Source: Adineta vaga
Lineage: Eukaryota > Animalia > Rotifera
Length of the DNA stretch: 64,000 nucleotides
Direction of reading: 5' to 3'
Assembly: GCA_021613535.1 (NCBI GenBank)
Contig: CP075492.1
Span: 18,786,001 to 18,850,000 of the forward strand
Shown here: positions 39,528-52,527 of the stretch, piece by piece
Numbering within the stretch: the first letter of the stretch is position 1
Layout: the number at the start of each line of letters is the position of its first letter
Position numbers and translations under genes: made by a program
The notes under the pieces: model-generated
The model's database searches: none
Told to the model about the DNA's origin: nothing
Seen by the model: the letters and a program-made list of their open reading frames with translations, nothing else

Positions 39528-41584
39528 ATGACTATACGTTCAACTAAACCAATAGTTCTTCGTATTAAAAAGAATCTAACATCAGTAAGCCATATTCTCT
39601 TATTAAATTAGGAACTTAATCCATTTAACATCGATACGGTATTTTAGTCAAATCCACCAACAACTGTTCGTATAGAGAGTACGAATGATTTATCTGCTAA
39701 ATACAATCAACCGAGAAAATCTAAGAATTCATTTACTCATTCACATAAAATAAATAGTCCATCGTCAATTGGAATTAAACCGATCGAAGTAAAGAATTTG
39801 ATTTAATGAGACATGATAAATTGATCTTATTTTGTAGTCAGAAAATGGTCATTTTTCAGGATTATTTACACGATTATCATCTTTTGGAAGTATCAATTCG
39901 GTTTCGCCACTCAAAGTACTTATTTAAACTTGAAATTCTATCAATTATCTTGTTTGTTATTATGATATCTATAGATAGGATCATTGCGCGACGAAGATGA
40001 AGAAGAAGAAGACGACCGAAGAAGAAGGTAATGTCGACAACTTTTTCTCATAGAAGAAGATTTTGTTGTTTATCTAGAGGTGGATTTTTTCAAATAACGA
40101 AATGTTGTTGTTGTGCTTTATTTGCTGCTGCAATTGCTGCTATCCTTCTTGCAGCTTTGATTACAGCAATAGTTTGGCTTCGTACGTATTCATGAGTCAA
40201 AGTCTAAGGACATAATATCATCACGATTTTTTTCTCTTCTAATTTTCTAGTTATGCAGCCTAAAGTGATTACAACAACAACAACTACAACAAGTAGTAAG
40301 TAGAATATATATTATAATGAGACTTAGTATACTTACGAAATATTGATTTGGCTTTATCAAAGCTACGAGCACGACAGCAACGACAACTACAACTACTACA
40401 GCAACAACAACAACCTCGGTGACAACTTCAACTACGAGTACTTCGGCGACAACAACAACCACAACGACTACAGCAACAACAACAACTTCAGTAACAACTT
40501 CAACTACGAGCACATCGGCAACAACAACAACTACAACGACTACAGCGACAACCTCAACTTCAGCAACAACTTCAACTACAAGTACTTCGGCGACGACAAC
40601 GACTACAGCAACAACATCCACTTCAGCGACAACTTCAACGACTAGTACCGCAACAACGGCAACAAGCACAAGTACAAGCACAACTACCACAGGATGCACA
40701 TCATGTGAGTTTTTTTCAGTTTTCAATTGTAATATCATCGTTACATTTATGACTTTCTAGGTTCTAATTATTGCTGGAGTACAACGGGTTCGGCAGTGGC
40801 CGGAACTAGTTCCACTGGCATTTCGGAACCTAGGGGTATAAACATCGATTCATATGATACAATCTATCTTTCCGGTCATAAACTCGGACAAGTTGATAGA
40901 TGTCCAACAAATTGTATAAGTAGAAATGGAACAACAAACTATGGTGATCATATTGACTATATGGTATTTGACAAAGATGGATATATGTACACAAACGATC
41001 ATGATGGCAATCGAGTCCGACGTTATGCACCAGGTTCTTCGGTTGGTACTGTTATTGCTGGAGCTGGTTCGTCTGTTACTGGTGCTCTCGCTTATCCAGT
41101 AGGTGTCGAAGTAGACAAGAATTTAAATGTTTATATCGGCGATCGAAACGACAAAAAAGTGTTTATGCTGACTCCCAATGCAACAAGTTTGTTTACCGCT
41201 ATTAATACCGGTAGTACCATTGCTGCAATGTCGGCACTTTTACTTCCACATGATTCGACAAGCGAAATCTACATCAGTGATCAAGACGGATCAAAAGTTT
41301 TTTTATGGCCATTCAATCAATCAAGCCCTAGAGTGACATATACCAATGTCATTGGTTCGCCTTCAACGCTTAATAAGCCAAGAGGTATGAAACTAGACCC
41401 TCTAGGTAATTTGTACGTTGCAGATCAAGAAAATAAACGAATAGTTATGTATTGTGTTAATTCTACAAATGGTATCATAGTTATGAATACTAATGACAAG
41501 CCTGTCGATCTTGCATTCGATTCCAATATGAATCTTTATACTTACTTAAGCACTGGCAAAGTGATAAAGCATCAATTATTATAA
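39528..41584 (+). CDS. Single-pass membrane protein with Thr-rich stalk and C-terminal NHL-repeat beta-propeller (multi-exon)
   Basis: TM exon CCCCALFAAAIAAILLAALITAIVW; Thr/Ser tandem repeats at 40360-40690; NHL motif LNKPRGMKLDPLGNLYVADQENKRI. The start position is approximate. Confidence 0.8.
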
Positions 41585-42271
41585 ATTAATTTTAACGAAT
41601 ATTAATGACTGACGTTGACGTTTTTTTCTTTAATTTCAACAAAAATAAATCAATTTTTTTCAAAATATGTGAATAGAATATATATCTCTTCTTTAACTTA
41701 TTTCATTTTATATAAACAATAACTACACGAGATACTGAAAGTAGAAAAATTAAAGTTTTTCTTTGTTTTTTTTGTTTAAATTTTATTTCGATAAATAAAA
41801 AGAAGAAAGTTCATTTCAACGATATTCCATTGTAAAAAATCAGTTAAAGTGTCATACATTACATTATAGGATACTTTTGCATAGGATTATTCTCTCGACT
41901 GTAGGGAGAGTAATAAGAAAATGTGTTTCTATACCCAGATCAAAGGTCATATATATGCAAGTCCAGTTTTCAACAAATACTATATTAAGAGAATATCTTC
42001 ATCAAAAATTATTCACTAATTGCCGATCAAATATTTGATACCTGATACTGAACACTATTTCAAATAGTTCTAATTTGCAAACATCAAAGTAATATAGAAC
42101 AAGTCAATTTTGATTTTCATAGGATGATACATGATTAATGAAATTAGTATATGGGATAGAGTTATACTCGAAGATGTTATTCGAAAGATTTTACACTGGA
42201 GAATAATTTATTTTTTATGAGTAAACACTTCATAATAAAATCAGAATTAGAGTCAATTTTGATTGATCATA

Positions 42272-42730
42272 TTAGCATTTGAAATCTTCAGCCTTAAGTT
42301 TACCAGCTCCAATAGCTGCTAAAATAAATTCTTTTACGGCTTCTTCCATTGCTCCTTGACGACTTGCTTCTCCTCTTCCTTCACCTACAACACCTGGAGC
42401 CCGTGTTTCACATTGAAATTTAGCATCCCAAACCCATTCTAATTTGTGAACACGTCCTTTCAAATTTCCCGTACAATCAATATTACATATTTGAATTGAT
42501 TGATCATCACTCCATGTATGAAGTGACCAAATAATTTTACCTAAATCGACAGCACAGCCAACCCAACTACCAGTAGCTAGACCCGTTACACAAGCTTTTG
42601 GAAATTCAATTTTTTGTCGTTGTTGTACTTCCAATGAATGAGATCTGTGATGTTGACGACGTCCATCGATTACATTTGATGATAGCAAAGCTATAATAAG
42701 TAACATGATGAATGTCATATTCGATTGCAT
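42272..42730 (-). CDS. Secreted anti-lipopolysaccharide-factor (ALF)-like protein
   Basis: Signal peptide, then W...C-x20-C loop, GE..SRQGA...AVKEFILAA...G. This follows the pattern of crustacean/horseshoe crab ALF, recognised by eye. Confidence 0.6.
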   Translation of the reverse strand: MQSNMTFIMLLIIALLSSNVIDGRRQHHRSHSLEVQQRQKIEFPKACVTGLATGSWVGCAVDLGKIIWSLHTWSDDQSIQICNIDCTGNLKGRVHKLEWVWDAKFQCETRAPGVVGEGRGEASRQGAMEEAVKEFILAAIGAGKLKAEDFKC

Positions 42731-43665
42731 TTTCTCGCTTTTGTATAAAACTAATCTTATATGAATGATATATATAACAACACAATGAAAAGTATATATA
42801 TACAGAAAGATAACCATCAAATACGAAAAAGTAAGCTGATAAAATTAATCTCTAACTCAAATACTAGCTATATCTTTATTAATCCAAAAACTAAATTCAA
42901 AGAAATAGTGAAACAGTTCATGAAGTCGACGAAAATGAATAATATAGTTGATTTTCAAAAACTCATGTGTAATTCACCATGTTACAGTTCTATAAGAAAT
43001 TAAAGCTTTTATCATTTAATCTCTATATCAATTTTATTAGATATGTATGTCTTAATATGATATCCGTTAACATTTTTCTCTGAAATAATATACACTGTTT
43101 AACATTCGCGAATTGATTCTTTTCGCGTTCACATTCATTTTTCTATAATGTTTTATGAAAGTCTTCACAAGAAAGAAAAATTGATGAATGGTTTACTAAT
43201 TTAGGATGTGAGTGAATGGATGTTGGTACTGCACTCGACAGCGAACCCTGACCACGTTTAGTCCAGTCCCGAAAAGAATAAATTATTCAATATAACAACA
43301 GCTTCACCAAAAAAAGCAATTCTCTTTCTACTGATGATGGCGTTTGAAATGCCTAAAGCTCTAATTCCGTGCAAAATCTGTAATTTTCATTCTTACTATT
43401 TATTTTCATGTAGAAAATAGTACATTCACTATTAAATTAACTTTTCTTTTTGATTAATTTTGAAGTAGATGAAGTCGTGCTTTTTCTCCCTTCGAGAAGG
43501 AGAGAAGAAATCAACTGTACCGACAGATGATGGTTTCCTTTGTTTCTAACGAACTTATTTTGACTCAAAGTCTTGTGCAGCTTCTCGAATAATGAAAGAA
43601 GCACCTCTCCATAATCATACATATTGAGAAAAAAATCTGTTTAAACAATCTTCTACCAAACATCA

Positions 43666-46600
43666 ATGAAGAATATTCAAAGCAATTCGTTTCTCATCCA
43701 GCCGATTCGAACGAGATACCAAGTAAAAAATAAGAGCAAGCAGTGCCGATCGCATCCGTCCAGTGTAAGAATCATCAGAGTATCTCTTCGTCCATCACTG
43801 ACAAAGGTATGTTAATCTATTGTTAGATACTCGTGCATTGAACGAAGAATTGAATTTCGTAGAGTGACATAGTATCTCAATCAACACAACAGCATCCAGG
43901 AGTAAGCTACACGAGATCATTTTCTCAAAAGATTTATCCCAACACTGACATCCAACCGGCAGAAGATGCACCAACACACAGTCCACCGAATAAGAACGGC
44001 CAGAATGATTTTTCATCAGTATTGTTTTTCATTCATGGCACATATCTTATCTACTTGTCCTTTTCAACTAGTTCTCAATCAAGCAGACGACACCATACAA
44101 TTTTGCATCATTATCACCCTCTGGAGTGTCTTGTATCACTGATTCAATTGTCGGCATTCAGAAAAACAAGGCTCCCAGTAGATCAAATACAAATAAAGAA
44201 AATCATATTCAATCTTTGAACGATCATCGAAAGCGAAAAAGCAGACAAAAGTAGATAGATAATTGCTCAGTAGCCCATGCTGGTTTTTTACTTTTAGACG
44301 TTGTTGCTGCCCATGTACTCCATTATGCACGTTTTTATCAATCATGGGTGGGATTCTTCTTGCTGCTCTTCTTACTGGAATCCTTGTGAAAATTCTATCA
44401 AGAGAGGGTACCGAAATTGCTTTTATAAAAGGTACTAACATCACAACGACGACTACAGCATCAACGACAAACACAACAGGTATTGTAAATCTATATCTAT
44501 ATATATAAAGAAGAAAGTTTGTCTGTCTGTCTGTCTGTCTGTCTGTTCGCTATGCATTCAGTCGCTGTAATAGCCACGATCACCAAACTTTCTACGATGC
44601 TTCCTTAGGTCCCAGGAAAGGTCGACATGGGGTTAGAATGGTCATTGGGGGGTGAGGGTGGGGAGCGTGGGTGAAATTTCACCCAGGCAGTTCAATGATA
44701 GCTAACATTCCCAAACTTTCCACAATGCTTCTCTAGGCCCACGGGAAGGTCGACATTTACTTTGTTCCGAAAAAAATGAATTCTACGCTTCCTACAGGCA
44801 ATCTATGAAACTGACCAATAGGATTGCAGCATCTCAAAACCTTTAAATAATTGATAGCGAAGGCGGCCGAAGGCCGTCTGAGCGCATATCTACGATAATT
44901 TACATGTTCCGTTTCAAAATAAATTGATTTGAGGATGGGAATCGGTGTCTGGGTGAAATTTCACCCAAGTCGTATTGAATTTCAATTGTCGTTATTTTGG
45001 TAGAAACTTACAGCATGTGCTCCACTTTTGAGGTTTTTTTATTTAATACTATTTATTTCTTGCAATAAATGTGACAATTAAAGGTTCTTTAATCGATATG
45101 TATCTATCTATCTATATAATCTTCTATATAATCTTCTATATATATATAAAGAAGAAAGTTTGTTCGTTATGCGTACGTTCCCTGTAACAGCTAACGTCAC
45201 CAAACTTCCCACAATGCTTCCCTCGATCCAGAGGAAGGTCGACATGGGGTGTAGAATGGGACTGGAGTTGCAGCGGGACAGTAGGAGTGGATTTAAAAGG
45301 AACAGAGCTGTATATCGTATACAAAGCCAGACAAAATCTGTAGGAAAGAACTAATGAAGAGATGCGAAGTTCTGAAAAAAGACCTGGTGCATGACGCGAA
45401 AAGGGATATAGGAAGGATCTCAGTACGGAGGAGAAACACGTGTGGAAGACAGGTAACATATGCTGAGTGACGACCTGAAAGATTACACTAACTAAGTCAG
45501 GGCGGAAAAGGAGGGTGTGAGAATTTTCTGATACACGACGGATAAATACGAACGAGGAGGTCCTGTGGGTGATAAGAAAAGCACTGCTGTAGATAAAAAA
45601 CGTAAATTGTGTCGTTTTTGCAGCGGGTATCTCCGCTAGTTCTTTATACAATTACATATATGGTACATAGAGGATACTTTGTCAGAAATATGAAATTCCG
45701 TATATTTTCTTATTGTTTAACTGGGCAGAACTAATGTTTTTTAAATTCTTTTCAGTGATTTGCAATCCACCTTGTCTCAATGGTGGCACTTGTGTCCTTC
45801 CTAATAATACATGTCTATGTATTTCTGATGTTTGGACAGGATCACAATGTCAAACACGTATGTATCGCACACATGTCATCAGATATCATCTAATTCTTAT
45901 CTATGAATAGCGCTGAGAATCTTCTGGTCATTCGACAATAATCTGCTTGACTTATACGGAAACTTTCCTGGCAGTGGGAAAAACAATCCAACCTACCAAC
46001 CGCCTGGCATCACCGGCTATGGTTCATGTTTGTATCTCAACGGTTCACTAAATCAATCGGTGACGGTCTACGAACCTCCGTTTTTGAATATGGCGTACAC
46101 ATCGTTCTCCTTAAGTGTCTGGGCTCGAGCGAATTCATTCCGAAGTGGATGTAGTATTGGAATTTGTGATAATGCAATATTTGGTCAACATGATCAAAAC
46201 ACCTTGCGCCGCTCTCTACATATCACAGTGAGATATCAAAAGATCTATTTGGGATTCTACGGTGATGATATAAGTGGTAGTCTAGTTCTTCAGCCTCTAG
46301 TATGGTATCATGTGAGTTTTTCTGCATTTATGCGCCACACAGACTATAGCTAGCAATCTTTTTAGATGGCATTTGTCTATGATTATCCCAATCGAAGACA
46401 ATTTGTATATGTTAATGGAGATCTTGATAACTCAGGGTCTTCTAAAGACCCATATGAAGGTATTAGCGGTGATCTAACCATCGGTACCAATGGTGTCGGC
46501 TCACCGAACTTCTGGGATGGTTGCCTCGACCAAATCACCTATTTTTCTCGCGCCAAAAGGTAAGTCCATACTCATGACCTATGCCAATAAGAGAAATATT

Positions 46601-47287
46601 TGGTTTGTTTTCAGTGCTGCTGAGGTATTACGAGATGCTACCCTTACAGTTTCATATACATTCAACAACAATACACTTCTTGATGACGGTCCTCTCGGCA
46701 TTAATGGTACTGGTATCAATGTGCAGTATACCACTTCCGGTCGCGTCAATCAAAGTCTAAAACTATCAAACAGTTCGTCTTTCGTTGAAGCACGTGGTCT
46801 TGTCTATCTGGGTACCAACGGTTATTCGTATTCCATCGTCATCTGGATTCGACCTGCATCAGTCGCCGGTGGTACAATTGTTCATGTATCACCTACTTCA
46901 GGCACTGTGACATGGTCGATGCCCATGCTTGGTTTCACAAGTGCAGGCAATATCGGTGTCCAAAGTTGTAGTAGCAGCGGTGTGGTTTCTTTGACAGGAC
47001 CCGTTATCTCTACTGGCGTATGGACACATGTCGCCATCACTTATTCGTCCTTGAACGGATTGCGGCTATGGATCAATGGCACGCAATTCAATACATCATC
47101 ATCGACTTTTGTATGGTCAACGATCAACGCACCCGTGACAATCACATTGGGTGCCTCACCGAGTAGTGTTGGTGCTTGTGCATCTGGTGTGATCACCACA
47201 GGTCAATATTCTGATTTGTTGGATGAATTTCAGTTATACTCAAGAGAACTATCAGCAACTGAAGTCATGAATCTAGCCACTCCTTAG
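43666..47287 (+). CDS. Membrane protein with EGF domain and two LamG/concanavalin-like domains (multi-exon)
   Basis: TM exon 44298-44479, EGF CNPPCLNGGTC, LamG motifs WYHMAFVY, WTHVAITY and LDEFQLYSRELS. The start position is approximate. Confidence 0.8.
44490..45639 (+). mobile_element. Non-autonomous Helitron in an intron, with two tandem 5' heads (44490 and ~45135)
   Basis: 5' TC after A, (GTCT)n microsatellite, 3' hairpin AGCGG-GTATCT-CCGCT ending CTAG before T, no TSD. Confidence 0.8.
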
Positions 47288-47446
47288 TTTATCTTAATCG
47301 ACTTTGACATTCGTTTCGTTTTGCACCACAGGATATGGATTTATAATAAGAAACGGAAGCAAACAACTCATATGTAAACAACGATATATATTCTCATATA
47401 TCTATCTTTTATTATTTTTAATCGAACAATATTTATTTTCTTAATT

Positions 47447-47914
47447 TTATTCTTGAACATAAAACCATTTAATTAATACAATAAAATTCGTCATAATGAT
47501 GAAATATCGAATATAAATATTATTTTTCGTAGCTGAATTTGTTATTCTTATTGCTTCTGAATTACAATTTGTGAATTGATAATCAACTGCAGCAATAGTT
47601 GTACTATTTTGATTGATAATCCAAATCAATGTTCTTGGTTTTGTTGGATCCATAAAAGATTTTTCCGGAATATCAATAATATTTTCATATTTTGTTGTTA
47701 AACAATTCGCACCATTCCGAGTAGTAACAATTGATAATTTTTTAGGGTTATCTTTTAATTCAGCAATTTTTAATTGATTAACAAAACAACAACATTCATT
47801 TTGAGAACATTGTGAAGTCCATTTATAATCGCCTACCCAATTTTTTCCAGCGACATAAAAATTCGTATTTGAATAAAATATTAATAAAGTTAAGAAGAAA
47901 TATTGACTAACCAT
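47447..47914 (-). CDS. Small secreted/GPI-anchored Cys-containing protein
   Basis: Signal peptide, CSQNECCC motif, hydrophobic C-terminus. Confidence 0.7.
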   Translation of the reverse strand: MVSQYFFLTLLIFYSNTNFYVAGKNWVGDYKWTSQCSQNECCCFVNQLKIAELKDNPKKLSIVTTRNGANCLTTKYENIIDIPEKSFMDPTKPRTLIWIINQNSTTIAAVDYQFTNCNSEAIRITNSATKNNIYIRYFIIMTNFIVLIKWFYVQE

Positions 47915-48151
47915 ATTTGCAAAAGAATTAAAATGACTGTAAATTTTTCGGTGTAGTATTTATTTATCTTTTTTCTCTTATCTTTCATTTTTTTTGTGTC
48001 ATTCTTTTTTATCACTTAAACAATTATTACACAGTCGTGTTGCAAGAACGCTTAAATGATTATCGAATATACACATACAACAAGTACTTGAAGAAAAGTA
48101 TCTTCTAATGCTTATTTAAGTTATTCAACTTGAGTAAATTTCATAAAAAGA

Positions 48152-48903
48152 ATCTTGAGGGTGTGGGTGGGTGTAAATGTGTGAAAAAGGGTGATATAGT
48201 AGGGGTGTGGCTGAGAAAAAAATTTGAATCGTTTCCTCGCAAGTATAAAATGAATTCTAAAGAAAAGAAGATTTCGTTTTTATCAAAAACAAAAAAATGT
48301 GGAAATGTCGGATTGCATTCGAAAGTTATGTGTACTGTAAAAAGTGTATGAGAGAGATGAGTCATGTTGAAATGTCTGTGTATCAAAATTATCATGAAAA
48401 AATCTTTTCGATGAGTACGATTTTTGATGACGTGTTTTTTAATGAATTTTTGTGTTTGTCTCTATCAGAATTACAGTCGTAGGCAACTTGGTTTCTGGAT
48501 GCAGTTTTCGCGCATTTTGAAACTTTGGTGAGACAAAACTTCTGTAGAAAACTATGGTTTTGTCCAAAACTAATATTAGAGTTGGAAGCAGCGTCAAAAA
48601 GTGAGTCGATTTATGTTTTCAATAATTTGAGAGGTGGCTATGGGTCTGGATTTGAGTCTCGGTGTAGGTGGAAAGGAGTGGATTCGAGTTTTAAATCTAT
48701 CCAACAACCGCACCCATCCACATCCACCTACACTACCCACACTCTCAAGTTTATTCCTGAAATTCCATCAAATATTACCATCTAAAGAAAAAGAATGATA
48801 AAAATTTTGCTTTATTTGTCAAATGAATTTAGTATCAATAGGTTTGGAAGAGGATGGATATGGATGTTCTTTTTTCTCTTATACTCACACCCACACCCAC
48901 AAG
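48152..48903. repeat. Cluster of palindromic junction elements (left arm at 48152; pairs at ~48626-48749 and ~48850-48903)
   Basis: ATCTTGAGGGTGTGGGTGGGTGT; CCCACACTCTCAAG; CTCACACCCACACCCACAAG. Confidence 0.8.
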
Positions 48904-48962
48904 GAAAGGTTTATTGGTTAGTAAATAAATGAGGGTCATTTGTTCTTTCGTCGTGGAAGATT

Positions 48963-50399
48963 TTAAATCTCTTGAAATTTGGTCTCATTCGTACGTGAAC
49001 CTTGAGCTGAACTTCTAATAGAAATATCTTTGGTTAACACGTGTGTTCCATCAGCATTCCAAATATTTTCATTAGCAAATTGAACTGTATAACGTACATC
49101 AGTTTGTAAAAGTGCATTACTATCAGGTAAAATTAAAAGTAATTGCCAAACACCTTGATTGATATTTGCTGGAATACGAAGTTTTCGATCGATACTTGTA
49201 ACATTACCTTCAGGTGTCCAATTTCGAGGATTGACACTTAGAGTTGTTTGATATTTGATACGTGCACTACCTGTTTTACCATTATCAAGAATAAGATTAA
49301 CAGGTCTTGTTAAATGCATTGCTGAAAAGCCAGTATTTTGTACTTTGAGAGAAAAAGCTAAAATACCACCAGGTGCAACTTCTTGTGAATAAGAAAGACT
49401 TTTTAATTCAAAACGATAACCAAGTTTACGTGTAAAATCTTGTTTAACTGAAGTACCCCATGCATTATAAATAGGTGTATAATAATCTCGATGAAGATAT
49501 GTCATATGTTGTTGTTTGGATTCTAACATTGCATTTTGAGCATTATTATATTTACTATTTGGTGTACCAAATGATTCACCACCAAAAAAAGCATAACGAG
49601 TCATTTGATTAATATACGTAAGTTCTTTAGCACGTGACCATCCATAAGAAAATGTACCTTCATCATCACTACTAGCAAGATAAGCATCATTGTGATAACC
49701 AGTACGTGCTTTTCCCGTGTTAGTATATGCTTCGGCTGATGAAAGAGGTATATCACTACCAACGATTTGACGAATATAATATGGTGTACGAACAATTACT
49801 GAACGTGTAATTGGTAATGCAGACATATAAGTCGAATGAACTTGTTTTAATGCAGTGGTTTTGATTGGATAATAGAATTCTGTATTAGTTGTGCTAAAAT
49901 ATGATGAATGCATTTCACCCCATGGTCCAAACATACCCATTTCAACAGCAACAATAATATCTTCATATTCATAATAAATTGGTTTCATATCCATAATATG
50001 AGTTTGAACAGTTGCAATGCTTTTTGGTTCTGGAGCAAGAACAGAATCCCAAGAATAAGCTGATCGCATTATTACTTTTAATCCTTGTTGACGACAGTTA
50101 TTAAGTGCTGATCGAATTTCAGTGAGTTTCATCTGTCCAATATGTGAACTATTCTTATAAGCTGAAATATCGATTTTGATAAGAACTAATGATAATTTTT
50201 CAGCACTATTTCGTAGACTATTAATTCCATAAAGATCATCAGAGAATCGATGTGTAATCCAACCTCGTTCAGGATTAGCAAAGAGCGCTTGACTTGATGT
50301 AAATGTTTTTGTAACAATAGTAGGTTCAATCGCCCATGTTTCATCCAATAAACTCATTAAAAATCCAAATAAGAAAACAACCACCAGTTGGTTCTTCAT
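48963..50399 (-). CDS. Secreted DUF4874/DUF4832 domain protein, bacterial-type (HGT candidate)
   Basis: Motifs NPERG, GMFGPWGEMH, GYHNDAYLAS, GGES, LGYRF and NTGFSA; intronless 478-aa ORF. Confidence 0.8.
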   Translation of the reverse strand: MKNQLVVVFLFGFLMSLLDETWAIEPTIVTKTFTSSQALFANPERGWITHRFSDDLYGINSLRNSAEKLSLVLIKIDISAYKNSSHIGQMKLTEIRSALNNCRQQGLKVIMRSAYSWDSVLAPEPKSIATVQTHIMDMKPIYYEYEDIIVAVEMGMFGPWGEMHSSYFSTTNTEFYYPIKTTALKQVHSTYMSALPITRSVIVRTPYYIRQIVGSDIPLSSAEAYTNTGKARTGYHNDAYLASSDDEGTFSYGWSRAKELTYINQMTRYAFFGGESFGTPNSKYNNAQNAMLESKQQHMTYLHRDYYTPIYNAWGTSVKQDFTRKLGYRFELKSLSYSQEVAPGGILAFSLKVQNTGFSAMHLTRPVNLILDNGKTGSARIKYQTTLSVNPRNWTPEGNVTSIDRKLRIPANINQGVWQLLLILPDSNALLQTDVRYTVQFANENIWNADGTHVLTKDISIRSSAQGSRTNETKFQEI

Positions 50400-50980
50400 G
50401 ATATCTTACCTTTTAATTCTAGAAAAGAAAACGTTATAGAATTATATTTCTCTTCGAAATTCTGACTGCACAACCCTTTTAGAACGAAAAATGAATGTAT
50501 TAAAAATCGAAAAAAAGAACGATATTAAATATAATATAGTTGTCGCCTACATGATTCTTTTTTTCTTATTTTTTCATGACATAAAACACGTAAAAACACT
50601 TTATTACTAAGACGTTTTTCTGACGTTTTTAATCGAAAATAAACATTCCTTTTCTTTTTTCTTTTAAGTATCGATATCCTATGGACAAATACAGGTGACA
50701 AAGGTATACGTTGTCAACACATCTACCACACAAGTGCAAATAACAACGTATGGTAACTGATCAAAAAGCTTTCGTTTTCATCTCGGAAAAAAGCAATATG
50801 AATGAGAATAAATATACCATGATTTAAACAAGTATATGATTTACAAGGTCGATTTAAGTTCCATTGAAACCTGGTGAACAAGAACAATTAAAATGATAAG
50901 AATATTGCTGCTGAGATTGATAAATGTTCTATTATTTTATTCACATATATTTTTCGAATAACACACAAATGACGACAAAA

Positions 50981-51989
50981 TCATGTCGTACCAGAAACAG
51001 TTTTCATTTGAATTCTTTCAGGTTGTGTGGCAACAGTGATTGTTCCTACTCGATGTCGTTGAAATAATTTCGTGACTATATTTTTTAATTGAGGAATAGA
51101 AAAAATTAATGCAACACTCAAGCCTGACATTGATATTACAACCGGAAACCATGCGAAACGATTCGTCAATGGATGTTCATCACCAGTTATGACAAATCTT
51201 ATAACGAGAATTATTGCCGGAAATCCCATGAAAAGTAAAAAACTCGTTTTGATTATAATCCGTTGAACAATGAGAACATCTCGATCGTGTCTTTTTTTAA
51301 TGGCTATTGTCAAATTGTTTGTGTGGTGTTGAAGAAATCTTGTTATTCGTAAATATATCATCAATAAACATAAAAATGGAAAAAGATAATCGAAAAAGAG
51401 TCCCCAAATAATCACACGTATATTTGTAAATGAAACAAAACAAAAAGAATCATTGATAGAATATACAATTCCATCCCAAGGTATTAGAACACATTGAATA
51501 CCAATTGCCCATATACATTCTCCCACAGGAAGAAGAATATAAAATTTCAAAGATCGAAAATATCGATTTTTAGGATAAACAATTCGAACTAAACGATAAA
51601 ATGCCTAAAAAATACGTTTGTACGAAGATATTTGATTCATCAATTTTACTCACCTGATTTACAAATGCAAAATACATTGTACAAACATGAATAATAGCAA
51701 CATATCCCTCAACTATACACCATGATGATTTGAATGATTTCCCATTTAAATCTCCTAACATTGTTCGAATATTCATTATCAACATAATTAATATAATTAT
51801 TAATATAGATAAATAGATATGAATACAATGAAAAATAGTTACTTTATCATTTTGTTTTATATGATTATAATACCATTGATAAATAAGAATTATTAAAACA
51901 AATAGCGAAATGAGAATTATAAAGATACAAAGACTAATTGTGAGCGAGGTAAGAACAAGTCCAATCTTTCTGTCTTCATTTTCCAACAT
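50981..51989 (-). CDS. Rhodopsin-like orphan 7TM GPCR (2 exons)
   Basis: ORFs 51570-52028 and 50981-51550 are joined by an intron at ~51607-51653 (NQ|AFYRLVRIVY); 7TM pattern. Confidence 0.8.
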
Positions 51990-52527
51990 TATCTGAAGTT
52001 GTTCAAAATCGAATGAGGAAGTTTTCAAGAAAAAAAAAGTAATTAAGTTTTTTTTCTAAAAACAAACTCATAATTTCAATCTTCTCAAACTAAGAAGATG
52101 AACTTTGTAAATCTTTTTCTAATGGTCCTGAAATTGAACTTAATGTCTTTTCATTTCGACTATTTTGATGAGTTTAAACGAAAGAAACAAATTTACTTAC
52201 TTGTCTACTTAAACATTCTTCACTAAAAAAACAAAGGATTAAATAATTATTATTTAATATTGAGACAAGAACTCGCCTTCTTATTCTAAATACTGTAAAT
52301 AATAAACGGAATATTAATCCTATAAGCTAATTGTCTTTATATGGAAGTTTAAAATAAGCAAAAAAGCAATTAACAAAATATTATCGAGTAGATTTTTATA
52401 GTTTTGTATATAAGTACTCAAAATGAAACGAGTAGGTATCTAATTCGACTTCAAATATAAACATTTTTATTGGATTTGTATCGAATCCACAAATGAATTA
52501 TATTCGCATCCTATTCGTTTCTTTGCA

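Noticed and set aside
40247-40738. Val-rich minus ORF and Asn-rich alternative-frame ORF
   Set aside because: Shadows of the Thr-rich repeat exon of the NHL gene.
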